A stretch of DNA of 64,000 nucleotides from Laetmonice hystrix (Eukaryota): NCBI GenBank assembly GCA_965235115.1, contig OZ249436.1, positions 20,834,001-20,898,000 of the forward strand, written 5' to 3'. Made by a program: the position numbers and the translations under genes. The notes beneath the pieces were generated by a model. It worked only from the letters and a program-made list of their open reading frames with translations, ran no database searches and was not told the DNA's origin. Positions 27,477-40,473 of this stretch are shown here, piece by piece; within the stretch, counting starts at the first letter, position 1, and each line of letters opens with the position of its first letter.

Positions 27477-27690
27477 TATTATTACATCCGCCAACGAAGT
27501 TAGAAGGAGGTTTTCTGTTTTAGGTCTGTCTGTCTGTCTGTCTGTCTGTCGCAAGATATCTCAAAAAGTAAGGAACGGAATTTCATGAAACTTTCCTGTA
27601 TGATTGGTCTCATACCTATAAACAATCGATTAGATTTTGGTGGAGACCCATATATTTTCGTGGATTCAGGATCATTTCTTCACCATTGAA
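27477..27690 (+). mobile_element. Helentron-associated (HINE-like) element, 5' portion
   Basis: TTATTACATCCGCCAA...GGAGG, (GTCT)n, AAGATATCTCAAAAAGT...TTTCATGAAACTT, CAATCGATTAGATTTTGG. Confidence 0.7.
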
Positions 27691-29084
27691 GAGCGTCTTT
27701 CTCTTTTATGATTTCTGATTTCTATTTAAGGGCAAACCCTTGCCAAAAACATATTTGGACCACCACAAGGCCTTCATGTATAGGACCTACTCACCTTTCA
27801 CAGCAGTGGTTGGAAATAAATGCCCCCCCCCCCCATTCCAAAAAGTCATATGTCAAACATGACAATCGTGTCAAAATCACCGGTTTCAGCAGCGCAGCCA
27901 TTGTAGCACTGTCCGGAAGTCCGTTGACGTCACAGTGTCTTATATAGTTTTGGACTGTATCTATTCGCACATGCGCATGGTGCTGTCTGCCAGCAAACGA
28001 ATCAATCCAGTGACAATCGAGGCGCGTGTTGACGGGTGACTGTAGCCTTTCGGCCGCCAGTAGGCCTACGACTGGTCGCCATCAGGGTAAATCGATGACG
28101 GCTAAATCCCTCAAACAGTCAAAGAATTTTCTTTGTAACATAACTATCCCTAACCCTAACGGTAAGTCCTAGCCCTTTTTGAAAAGGCTAACAAGAATAG
28201 ATGTAATATCTTCAGGAAGGATTCCAAGGTTTTCCTGAAGTCTAAAGTTCAGATGTTGATCGATAGATTTTGGAATGGGATCTCTCACAACCCGCCGTAT
28301 GATCACAGGACTTTAAATGATGACATGGTAAAACATGTCGATGGGGGGACCCTTACAGAACCGAGAAGGCGAAGTGCTAGGAGAGACAATAAATGTCAGA
28401 CGGCAAAGACTACATCACTCGGGGAATACGATAATGCCACATGCATGTCACGGATAGGTTTGCTTTATCTCTCAAGGGCAAACCGTAACCGCACTCCAAT
28501 CCTGTTAGGAAATGGATTCATATTTACACACTGACACAGCTCCTCCTCCGACCCTCTCTGTCTCTGGTGACAGTTTAACTGGTACGACCACCCAAGGGGC
28601 CCACAGATGCCAGCAATCGCTCGTCCCATGTACTGTCTACCAACTGATGTTGTCTGTATAGATCTAGAACCCGACGGTACGCTGGGTCAGTATACTACCC
28701 TCGTCTGTACACAGGGCCTGCTGGTAACCACTAACCGCCACTTCACGTAATCCACCGCAAGACGCAACATCACTATCTCTTCATGAGCTTCACGAGTTTG
28801 ATTGTTGTTTATTTCATAAACACCCATGCTTGATGCTATATTACTGGGAATGGCAGCTCGCCTACTATACCGCGGTGCCGTATTAACCCATGGCAGGGCC
28901 CATAGGCTTCCAGCTTCTTTGGGCCCCTCGACACCCCCTCCCCGCCCCTCCTCCCGCTGAATTTACGCTGTCCTTTCGTACAATTTATTACAATAATATT
29001 ACAATAATATTACAATAATATTACAAATGAAGTAATTAATGGAGTAACAAAGAGAATGATACCATCTTATCAGACAACCTTTAA

Positions 29085-29525
29085 AGGGAGGTAAACACAT
29101 ACGGCAAATAAGGTTTCGTAGACCACATGGAACACCAGCATTTACCTCAGGGCAATAAATGCCACAATTACGTTGTCTGAATGAAGTAATTAACGTGTAA
29201 CTGCCCGATGTGTGACGCTGCTAGTTCTGACCTTGACCTGCTTGTGTGTTCATCAGAGCCGAATGCTGCACACCACGACATATTGCGTAACATTACGTGT
29301 TACTCTGCTCACAGACCTTGTCTACACGATGTTTGGAGTCCCAACGTTTGTAAACGTCCGAGGTGATGAACACACAAGCAGGAACCAGCGGCATCACACA
29401 TCGGGCGTTTACATGTTAATTACTTCATTCAGACAACGTAATTGTGGCATTTATTGCCCTGAGGTAAACGCTGGTGTTTCATTTGGTCTACGAAACCTTA
29501 TTTGCCGTGTGTGTTTTCCATCCCT
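29085..29525. mobile_element. Kolobok-type MITE with long TIRs
   Basis: TTAA-AGGGA ... TCCCT-TTAA, with about 170-bp imperfect inverted arms. Confidence 0.85.
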
Positions 29526-29915
29526 TTAATTAGCATTAAGCAAAGCAATATCAAAATACTGGTACTGTGCTGTAAAGTAGGAAAGACATATGGACATTTT
29601 GAGGTACAAACCACATGAAAGCTTTGTAGCAACAATGTTTTCATTAAAATTTTGTAGGTCTGTTTAAATCATGGCACATGGTGTGGAATTTGTATTTTCG
29701 TAGCTAAATTTAACAAAGAACCTATAATCTATGAACGCAACATCGGGGAGATCGCTGATAACTTGGCAGCGTTTTTGTTATAGCCCGTGGCACTGTTTTC
29801 TGGAATCCTTCAATATGTTTACTACATGTATAAAAAGTGTCAATAAATTCTAGGGAATTTTTTTCTGGAGGTGGGCTGCTTTCTGGAAATGACTATAATA
29901 TAGGCCTACATATAG

Positions 29916-30646
29916 CTACTTAAACATTTTTCTCGTTAATCTTTCAACAAACTGATCCAGAACATTGTTAAAATTTAATTTCCGGAGCACAGACGATTCT
30001 ACATGCATTAATGCCAAACGAGTGAGCTTTTCATCTTTCAGAGTGGATCGCAGGTAATTCTTAATACGTTTCAGGGCAGAAAAAGACCTCTCTCCAGAAC
30101 AGTTTGTTACGAGAAGTGACAAGTAAATGCGTAAACAACTGTTACATGTTTGGAAACGTATCCTGCATGGCATTGTTAACAATGGTTTGAAGCATTCTCA
30201 GTGCAATAAAGGTCCCCTTATTTTCACCTTTTTGACTTAGCCACACATCAATTTCTGGTTCATTCATGTACTCTTGGAAATGAACAATTTCTTCGGGGAA
30301 GCTGGTATTGAGGTCTTCTGGGTAGGTTTTCGCCAGCCTCTCTGCCCACCCACATCCCTCAGTTGGTCACCGTTTACCGAGGGCATTTTTGAAAGGAAAC
30401 CGAATTTGCCAGAAACCGCATCATATGCTTCCAGCCTCTTCTGAAGTGCTGTTTAAACAAGTGATCGATCATGGGAAGAAACGCCGTGACCCTAAATTTC
30501 TCCCTCCCTGAAAAAGCAGTATCATCAGAATTGCCATAATTGCGACTGAGCTTCACAGTGCTTTGTTTCTTTCTTTGGGTACGGTATCTTTTTTTGTACA
30601 CCGGCTCATTTTCATGACCAATTTTGATCTTCCCTTTCTCCTCAAA
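29916..30646 (-). pseudogene. hAT transposase C-terminal fragment (ZMYM1-like, hAT dimerisation domain), frameshifted
   Basis: CLRIYLSLLVTNCSGERSFSALKRIKNYLRSTLKDEKLTRLALMHVES matches the hAT dimerisation signature. An upstream frame reads ...REKFRVTAFLPMIDHL. Confidence 0.9.
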
Positions 30647-31075
30647 GATATATGAGAATTTCCCGGAAAATGTCACGTCTCGGTCCACTGAGGGTCTGCT
30701 ACGGAGCAGGGGGATTAATGACTGGTCCCCACGGACTCTTTGGGAGGAAGTTCTCCTACAATTGTGACATTTTCCGGGAAATTCTCATATATCAACTTCA
30801 GTGACCCAGCGTGACCCCTGAAAACAATTGTGGGAGAACTTCCTCCTAGTCATGGATAGTCCATGAGGAGAAGAGTCAGTGGGGACCATTCATTAGTCCC
30901 CCTGCCCCGTAGGAGACCCTCAGTGGACCGAGACGTGGATTTTCCGGGAAATTCTCTATGATTGAAGTTTGGTGACCCACCGTGACCCCTGTAAACAATT
31001 GTAGGAGAACTTCCTTCTAGTCATGGATAGTCCATGAGGAGAAGAGTCCGTGGGGACCATTCATTATAGTCCCCA
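30647..31075. repeat. About 180-bp tandem units, one of them inverted
   Basis: CAATTGT.GGAGAACTTCC..CTAGTCATGGATAGTCCATGAGGAGAAGAGTC occurs twice. 30647-30676 and 30764-30792 form a ~30-bp inverted repeat. Confidence 0.8.
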
Positions 31076-33009
31076 CCCCATAGATTCGAATCGGATCCTA
31101 TGTCCTGAATACGATCCTGACTTGGCGAATCGTGTACCGTGTTCCTTACTTCACACTGCGTTTGAAGCGATAATACGGCACTACGCTTTGCATGGTTGCT
31201 TGTTTTCGTTTTTGGACTGTATCGCGCTATCATGGCACCTTGGCTTATAAAGATTTCTGTCGTTGATACTACGAGTTGTGACGTGTTTTATTATACAAAA
31301 CCTTTCGAGATTAAAAATAACGATTGCATCCTCTGTGTACCTCGTAATCAGATAGATTAGCCGTCTGACATGTTTCCCGAAATTTTAAAGGGCAATCTGG
31401 GATCTGTACTTTGTACCACTTCACGACCGGGGCTTGCATTATACTTTTTTATTATTCGTTTTCAGAGAACCTGTTATCCCATACAGGCATGTGTCGTCTG
31501 TGAAATCCTGGACCACGGATTATATCCGGGATCATGTATGTTCTCTAACGTCAGTCCCGTATGCTATGCCTGCATGACCGCTAATTTCTGTGGTCTGATG
31601 GACCATAATTATGATTTGGTTTGCAGGAGTCTGCTCGGCTGCCATCCAACTGCCTAATACATGATGCGATTTTATTAATGCCATCATGTCTTCTCCTCTT
31701 TCTTCTGTTTAGTTCCCGTTCTGAATTCTGACTGTTACACCCAGGGGAATCCTACAGCCGATGGTTATCACATTCAGTCATTGCTTCTGCCTTTATTCAG
31801 TGGTTCGATTGAACACCATTCATTAAACACTGCGCGCCTGAGGAGACCGTTCGTGTTAATGATCAGTGTGAAAACTCCAGCTTAAAACCGCATATTCTTT
31901 ACTACTCTCAGAAAATTTCCCTCACGTGAGATTTGTTTCTATAATTGCTCTCTTCTAATAATAAATCATAACAGCATTTATTTCTTTGTAAACAGAAAAA
32001 GGTCATTTCCTGCTTATTGCCATCATTTATTGTGGTGTATTGGACTCCACGAAAGAGGATGGGACCTATAACACAGCGAGCCTGTTACGTTTAAAACAGA
32101 CAAAAGAATGCCTATTTCTAATTTGGTAGGCCTACCATGAAATTTCAAAGGTCAAACATTGTGCTGTACGCTTTGACCCGCCTCCTCCTTCACCTCTGGA
32201 GTCATTAAGAACAAGGCATTAGGGAAAGGTTCAACGTCCATTACTCCTTTCCTTTCTCCTTTCATTGTGCAGCGCGTACTTCATTCAACCATGGAAGTAT
32301 CAGCATCGAGAGATCTAACACAAAACAAGCTCTCCGTAGGCTGAAGTAATCATCATTCTGCTACTGTAACTTTTAGATTTCCTATTAGATACTGGATGTC
32401 CTTCACACACATACTTGAAATGATGCTCTAGCAATGTTCATTGTGATTAATGGTGCTATCAATCAAGAAGTTGCGACAGGCATGAGCTGTCGCCTGTAGG
32501 TGATACTGTCTCATTGTATTACTGGCTCGTTGTGTCTGGGGAGCTGGAGGTTAAGGGGATCAACAGACCGCTAGGAGGTCCGACCCAGGTAAAGGGTGGT
32601 TAATTCTCCCTCCACATGTGTAACCCCATCTGTAGGAAAGAATGAAGTCCTTTCCAGCACGAGGGATCGTCCACTTTTCTCTTACACTACCGAAGCCTAT
32701 AAATATTTAAGGCGTTGGCATAGTTGGTTTGGGCGTGATATCTTCTGTTTTTGGGCCGGGGGTTGATTCCGCGTTTCTATATATAAAATATCTGCTTCGG
32801 AGCATTCTAGAAGCATTCTGGGGAGGCAAATTCAAACTCCTGCTATTACCATCTTATAGCTTCGGCCTGAATCCTAGTTAACAAAGATCATCATACTGCA
32901 GTACTGCAGCAACAGTGTATCTTCACATATCAATAGGTTGCTATCGGTGACAGGTAAGCGTTCTATTACGTTACGTGCGGTGTAATTTTAACTGGGTTAT
33001 TTCTCATAT

Positions 33010-33130
33010 CACCCATCCCCTCGGACTCGGAGGTAAACACCCTTGACTGAATTAAATGGTTCCTATCGCCCTAAATATGACTGAAATACTGTCGACAGGG
33101 CGTACAACTTCCGATTCACTCACTCACTCT
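33010..33130 (+). mobile_element. 3' tail of the SINE family
   Basis: CCCTTGACTGAATTAAATGGTTCCTATCGCCCT...ACTGAAATACTGTCGACAGGGCGTA...(CACT)3, the reverse complement of about 26677-26790. Confidence 0.75.
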
Positions 33131-33799
33131 GATGCCCGTGCAAGGTGGAGATAGTCATTCTATCTACCTCTATATAACACCGACGTTCGATAGGAGAGCT
33201 GTACTCCTGAGTTTGGTACCATTGTTACGACCACTGTTATTCCTGCCGCACATGGAGCGATTGATAACAACCTACGGAATGCAGAACGGCTCTTGTTGTA
33301 TTTCTCCTTGCAGTCAGACCTCAATATATCTCACAATCCGAACACACTTTCATGGGCACCAAGTTGTTCGGATAAACGAGGTCTAACTGTAAATGTTGCT
33401 ATATACTAGTACATGTATATAGGATCTACCCCTGGAACCAAGTTTTGGTTTTTGGTTTTCTGTAGATGAATTTACAAAATACATAGCCGTTCGCCCATGC
33501 AAATGTACGAATTTCAAATAGGATGGACCGTAAAATATTCAGTATTAATATTTGAGCCATATAGGTCGAAGCCTACAACGTCGAAAACTTGCTAAAAGAA
33601 CGGGACTACCGGTAGATGTCGAGTAATATATTACAAACGAAGCCATGGTCTTTAGCCCCGTACGGCCATACTCTACGTACGTGTATGTCCGTAGACAGCG
33701 ATTTCTCAGCAGTGTATGGGTCAATTTTTTGAAACGTTACACAATGATCAGAGATGATCTGAGTATGATGCACGTCAAACAGATATCCTTCAAAAGTCA

Positions 33800-34400
33800 T
33801 ATATGAAGTTTCATGTGACGCCATTTTCCATGACCTTGGGAGGTTTGTAAAGGTCAAACAAGGTCATGCATACTTCTATGGTTCATATCTCCAAAATATA
33901 TAAGATAAGCATTACTATTGAATATGGATAGGAAATCGTGTATAAAGTTTTATTTGGTACTGTTTTCTTTTACCGCAAGTGAAGGTCAAAGCTCATTTAA
34001 TGTCACACATTTTTGTCAATGGCTTATATTTCCCTAACAACTTAAAATATTGTTATATTTCAATATATTTCAAACAAGGTCATGCATTATTTTCAATAGT
34101 TCATATCTCCAAAATTTTGTAAGGTAAGCACATAATTACTATTGAATATGGATAGGAAGTGGTATATGAAGTTTCATTAGGTATTTTCTTTTACCTCAAG
34201 TGAAGGTCAAAGGTCAATCAAGGTCGCACACCTATTAAATGGCTTGTATCTCCATAACAGTTGAAGATATCATAGACGCTATTGAGGATGGATAGGAAAT
34301 CATAGATGAACTTTTATTTTCCGTGAATTTGAGTGACCTCTAAAGGTCAATCAAAATCAAGCATATTTGCAGTGGTATCTGCAAAACAGTTGAGGATAAC
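33800..34400. repeat. Diverged tandem units with AAGGTCAA/TGACC motifs (Helentron-type internal array)
   Basis: Repeated TTACTATTGAATATGGATAGGAA...GTGAAGGTCAAAG...ATGGCTT.TAT.TCC.TAACA blocks. Confidence 0.65.
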
Positions 34401-35205
34401 GCTATCAGTGGGTCACATATCCGGGCCGGATCCAGGATTATTTTCGGGGGGGGGGGGGGCACAGGTGCATGGGTGGATGAATGGATCCATATAGCTACCT
34501 GACATGGGCAAGGGTCACTCAGTATAGGGGGACCAGAACTCTGTTTTTAAAAAATTTCGGGGGCCCCTGTGCCCCCCTAAATCCGCCACTGCATATACTG
34601 TACATAACTGCACAGTTACTAAGATGGAGAGGAAGTAGATACGAAGGTTCATTTAACACTATTTTCTTTGCCCTTTATGGACCTCCAAAGATCAAATAAA
34701 GTCCTGCATCGTTTTTTTCAAGAATCTAAGCTTCACAAGCTTCTTGCTTTTGGATTGGGAGATATGCAGCTAAGAAGTAACGACACTTGTTAACGCTAGA
34801 GCCTTTTCATATACCTTTTCTTGCAATAGGACGTATTCCCATCCCGAAGGCCATCCCGAAGACAGCCAGCAGCGAAGACACAACTAAGTGAACAGTTGGT
34901 TCATTGCATCAAGGATACTGTGCACGGCTGTTCACACAACTATCTTACTGATAAAGGGAAAATCCGAGCTCGGCGCCAAAGAGCCGGGATCATTTATGGA
35001 GGAGAAACGAGGAGTTTGCGTAGGTATGAGATTAGTATAGGTACTCGCACATATATGTATCTAGGACCCATGTCGTGTGCTCGGTATGTATTGTCAAGGA
35101 AATGTAAACAATAGCTGTACTCCCGTTAACCACCATCTTGGTTCTCACCTCTCGCGCGCTCTGGGTCGGAAGTGACGAAGGCGACTTGGGAGACGATTCG
35201 GAGGG

Positions 35206-35213
35206 TATAAATA
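35206..35213 (+). promoter_or_regulatory. TATA box in repeat A1 (also present in A2)
   Basis: GGGTATAAATA near the 3' end of the A repeat, with an ETS-like CGGAAGTG about 40 bp upstream. Confidence 0.55.
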
Positions 35214-37372
35214 CAACCGAGCAGACAGAGTCGAGTTCTCTACCTTTGGAAGCATCGTGGCAATCAGACGGTTTTGTTCCCCACACATCGGGTGAGTTCG
35301 TTCTATGGTTGGGACTTCGTTTCAAGTGTACAGTGGAACGTGGTTTGTCGACTGTTTCGTATATTTGCCTTGTGTTTATGACACCTGTGCAGGTGTTATG
35401 TCTAAAACAGATTCAGTTATTCGTCTTTCGAGGCTGTATTTTAGTCCGGTACCCAGTATTTATGCGTGTCTGAAATACTCTGAGTGTTGCTGAGCACGCG
35501 GTCACTGTCCACGGGGCCGACCTGGCCTTTGTTGTTCGGGCTTGGACAGACTACTTGAGGCTCCTGGTAAACAGTTTGTGTTACGTTGAAGTTATTTCAC
35601 TTTGCCACGCATTGCAGGCGACTGACAACGTCAGCGGTCCTAGGTTGTGTAATTTTGTGTACGTATTTGTCCCAGAATGGTAGTGGGTTACGATAATTTC
35701 AGTTTTGTATTTACCGTGGGTACTCCGTGTTGAGTCGGGTAATAATAGCGTGGGACCAGGAATGGGCTTATACAACGGTAATTTGGAAGCGTATACTTGC
35801 GGGTCGTTCCTTTTCATGTGCGTTTCCTGACCTAGGTGTGACTACTGCTCCCCCTTTGAATTATGTTGGGGTCACTTTTTGTGGTATTGGTGGGCGATAG
35901 CTGCGGCTGGTTGCGGCATACCCGTATGCGCATCCGAATTTTGGTTTGTCCTCCCACGTGGTGTATCATGGTGGGGGGTAGGCTCGGGGAAATGTGAGGT
36001 ACATGGAGTTGATGTTTTTCGCTAGCCCTCACTGTGTGGAGTTGTGTAGAAATATTTTTGTGTCCTCCGGTGGTTGTAGAGGAACGATTCGTGGACTCGA
36101 CCAGTGAACTGCTGTAACTTGATACGCCGGGTGTTCATCAATTTATCTATTCCTGTCTTATATGGGTGTTTACTGCTGCCTCTAATTCTAACAGTTGAGA
36201 CCAAGTTTGCCATGCGACAGGTGTATGGTATGCTTCCCTATAGATTTTGTTAAATAAACGGTGTTTATCGCTTGGCGGAAATGTTTTTGCCGTTTGGAAT
36301 GTTGGTGGGATGTGGATATGCTGCGCGTGTATTCGAGCGGTATGTGGTGAGCTGTTATTTGGCAGAGGTATTAGTTACGGTGGGCAGATTAATATGTCCC
36401 AGAGGTATTGGCATCACCTTTAACCTGATACACTTTGTCTTTGGAGATGGTCGATAAACGTAACGAGTTGAGGGACACTAGGCCTATATTAGTATCGTTG
36501 ATAATTTTCTTTTTGTTTCTAGCCAACGAGTAGCTTATCCCTGTTATATCTAGATTTAGGCAGGTGTCTCTCACTATTCAGTGTTGTTACTTTAGCTACA
36601 GTTGCATGGTAAGGGGCGTGGTTGTGTTACCTGGTTGGGGTCGTGTTCCGTGGGGTCCGTCCTCCCTTGATAGGATTACTTTGGGGTTGACGCTGTGTGG
36701 TCCCTTCGGTTCCGCCTTCCCTTGTTGTTGTTACCTGGTTGGGGGTGGGGCCGTGTTCCGTTGGGTTCCGTCCTCCTTTGATAGGGTTACCTTGGGGTTG
36801 ACGGTGTGTGGTCCCTTCGGTTCCGTCATCCCCGTTATATTACAAGTTGTTTACGGCAGATGTGCCTGGTTTCCGCAGGCTGCCCCATCCTTTGGCGCAT
36901 TGTACTTCTAGTCCCCTTTATGGGTGATCGATGGGTACCCGTGTATATGGATGGGAGAGGGTGTTACCTCCGCTCTGCCTTTGCTAGGGTTTAGGGATGA
37001 TCCTCTATTTTCTTGTTCCAGGAGTTCCGTCCTCCCTTGATACGATTCCTTGGGGTTGACGGTGTGTTCCCTTCGGTTCCGCCATCTCCGTTGTATTAAA
37101 AGTTGTTTACGGCAGATGTGCCTGGTTTCCGCAGGCTGCCACATCCTTTGATGCATTGTACTTCTAGTCCCCATTATGGTGATCGATGGGTACCCGTGTA
37201 TGTGGATGTGAGGGAGTGTCTCCTCCGCTCTGCCTTTGTTGGGGATTGGAGCTTAACCTTTAATTTCTTGTTTTAAAGTTGTTAAGAAGTCATTTTAGGT
37301 CAGTAGGGGGTTTTAGTCAATCAGGTCACTTCTCCTGTATTTTACTGTGTACGCGTTTTATATCTACGTCGC

Positions 37373-37973
37373 CGTCAATTTTCAATGTACCATCATGGTA
37401 ATTTGGTAATATGGGTATCTAGATAAAATTTTAACATCAGTCAGGGTTGTCACCTTAGCTAACTGTTGCCTATTGTTGTTTTTACTGTGTGTTAAGGGCT
37501 ATAATGTAGGATATATTATATATTTATAGTAATTTTGTCTAACTATATAATTTAAATGTTAACTTTGTAAATTATCTGAACGTCAATTTTCAATGTACCA
37601 TTTTGCTAATTTGGTAATATTAGGTATCTTCGATAAAAACGTCAGTCAGGGTTGTCACCTTATTAGCTAATTGTTGCCTATTGTAGTTTTTACTGTGTTG
37701 AGGGCTATAATGTAGGATATATTATATATTTATCGTAATTTCGTCTAACTATATAATTTAAATGTTAACTTTGTAAATTATCTGAACGTCAATTTTCAAT
37801 GTACCATTTTGCTAATTTGGTAATATTAGGTATCTTCGATAAAATTGTTAATGTCAGTTAGGGTAGTCACTTTAGCTAATTGTTGCCAATTGTAGTTTTT
37901 ACTGTGAGGGCTATAATGTAGGATATATTATATATTTATCGTAATTTCGTCTAACTATATAATTAAATGTTAA
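37373..37973. repeat. About 207-bp AT-rich triplication inside the split-repeat element
   Basis: CGTCAATTTTCAATGTACC at 37373, 37581 and 37787. Confidence 0.9.
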
Positions 37974-40467
37974 CTATAAGGTAATATGTAATATTGTATT
38001 ATTGAGTGATTAATTGATTTGTCATAATGTATGAGCGGAATTTATGACATTGCGTTGATTGTATTTGTCATAGGGCAGTAACTGTTACTCACTCGGCCAG
38101 ATGTTTCCTCGGTCTTTTGTTTTCCATTTTTAGGTGAACGACAGGCTGAGCATATGGCTTTGGTGCATAGGACGTGGGACGTATATGCTATATTTACACA
38201 TACATGTACTGATATGAGCAGATGGAAGGCTGAGTATGTGTTTTTGGTGGACGTTGGAGGTTTACTGATGTGGGTAAGGTCAATTCCCCGTGTTTTGAAC
38301 CTGTGATGTTATTCGAAGGGCTGAGTATTGATTTATATTATTCAAGGTTCGGTATGGTTCAGAGGTTGTTCTGGTTTAGAGGTTCCTTTAGCTACCATTT
38401 CTATACATATATGTCATGCCTGTTTCTTGTAGGTTATACTTGCCGCGTGGGCTTAACGTGGTTGGGTTGGGTCTCGGATATCAAAGCCTTTAACTCGTTC
38501 GTTTGATCCTGTGGTTATTTTGTGTATATCTATACGGAGATCAGTTATCTTTTTAAAGTTTTGGGAAACCTCTCGGCCCCAAGAGATCCGATGTTGGATG
38601 TAGGCTATGTTGGACTCCCAAGCGTGAAGCGATTCCACGGTTTTTGACTACGACTTTCATGGTTCCTGCTACGTTTGCGCGTCCTTCACCTCCAGTATTT
38701 GTTATTCCAGTAGTCTCCCCCTTTTTACGTTACCTTATGCTTACGTTACGGTCCGTGTTTCATTAAGTGTCGGGCTCTGTGCCGACTGGTGGGTACTGGT
38801 TTGGTACCGTACAAGGTGGTGGCAAGCGCTCGGGAGCGGCTATAGATAGACGAGGCTTTGAAGGAGGTGGATGAAGTAAGCTTTAATTGGAATAGGTTCC
38901 GTTCTGACCTCCACCCTTAGATGTTAGATGTTACCCAGGAAGTTTGGATGTGTTGTCCGGGGCAGTGACGAGGAAGCTTGGATTTGTCGCCCGATTCAGT
39001 GACGAGGAAGTTTGGATTGTTGCCCGGTTTGGTTATTGTTTATTATTAAATATTTATAGTATGGTCCCAGGTGGTAGAATGGGATACCGTCACATTTTCC
39101 ACCAGTTCTTTCTCGGTCTATTAAAATTTTCCCAGGATAAGTAAAGTATGGTGTATGTCATTTAAGGGGTATGCTTCCTGTTTGGTTCAAGTAGCTGGGC
39201 GTTATAACTTGTTAACCTGACGTTATGCGATAGGATTCAAAGCCTTGATATGCTTGTTGCAGGTACACCAGATGTCCCTAATCGGACGGGATGATGATTG
39301 GCTCCGTGGAAATAGTTTGTTCCGTTATGGACCAGGAGATGATCGGGGCCTCATCTTTCAAGTTGTGTCTGACGGTAATGCTCAGATTTGGCTCCTGGTG
39401 CGGTGTCAGTGGATCGCGTTAGGAGTATTTTCTCCTGCCTTCTTTGGTGGCTCCAGCTTCATCTTCGATTCCGCTTAGTGGCATTGTCTCCACCTAATAA
39501 GGCATACTATACCTATGTCCGTGTATTTTGGACTATGTATTTCTATATAATGTATTATCAGTTATGGTATTATGACTATGGTATTGTTATGTTATGTTAC
39601 ATATATCAGTTACACGTATATGGATTTATCATTTACCATATTATAATGATGTTGAGTCCCCCATTGCATGGGGTGATCGACGGGTTACTACATGTATATG
39701 AATAAAATGTAACCTACAGCAAGCATTCCCGTTCTCCGAGTTTGACTGCATAAATCCGAGCTCGGCGCCAAAGAGCCGGGATCATTTATGGAGGAGAAAC
39801 GAGGAGTTTGCGTAGGTATGAGATTAGTATAGGTACTCGCACATATATGTATCTAGGACCCATGTCGTGTGCTCGGTATGTATTGTCAAGGAAATGTAAA
39901 CAATAGCTGTACTCCCGTTAACCACCATCTTGGTTCTCACCTCTCGCGCGCTCTGGGTCGGAAGTGACGAAGGCGACTTGGGAGACGATTCGGAGGGTAT
40001 AAATACAACCGAGCAGACAGAGTCGAGTTCTCTACCTTTGGAAGCATCGTGGCAATCAGACGGCCCACCTCCGCCCCGACTCCTCCATGTTTCATGTCGA
40101 CTTGGGGGAATATTCTGTCTCAACGCCTTTGTCTAGGTTCACTTATGTTTTTATGTAGGCCTGCTGGGTTTGGCTCGGGGTCAGCATGGCTGCTCGAGTT
40201 CTTTTCTCAGTTTGGTTGGATGGGTGTGTATTTGGGTTCCTGGATGGGCATTGTCTCCACCTAATAAGGCATACTATACCTATATCCGTGTATTTTGGAC
40301 TATGTATTTCTATATAATGTATTATCAGTTATGGTATTATGACTATGGTATTGTTATGTTATGTTACATATATCAGTTACACGTATATGGATTTATCATT
40401 TACCATATTATAATGATGTTGAGTCCCCCATTGCATGGGGTGATCGACGGGTTACTACATGTATATG

Positions 40468-40473
40468 AATAAA
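40468..40473 (+). terminator. Candidate polyadenylation signal in repeat B2 (also at 39701-39706 in B1)
   Basis: AATAAA about 50 bp before the end of the B repeat. Confidence 0.45.

Larger units (their letters stand above)
28873..30646 (-). mobile_element. Truncated hAT transposon retaining its 3' half and terminus
   Basis: Terminus CGGTGCCGTATTAA with GGGCCC subterminal motifs. Carries a transposase relic and is interrupted by a TTAA MITE. Confidence 0.65.

Noticed and set aside
28148..28160. CCCTAACCCTAAC as telomere or telomerase template
   Set aside because: Only two units and no supporting structure; such motifs are common inside MITEs.
39388..40472. Two similar ~100-aa hydrophobic Tyr-rich ORFs
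   Set aside because: They are translations of the duplicated TAT-rich B repeat with non-ATG starts and different N-termini.
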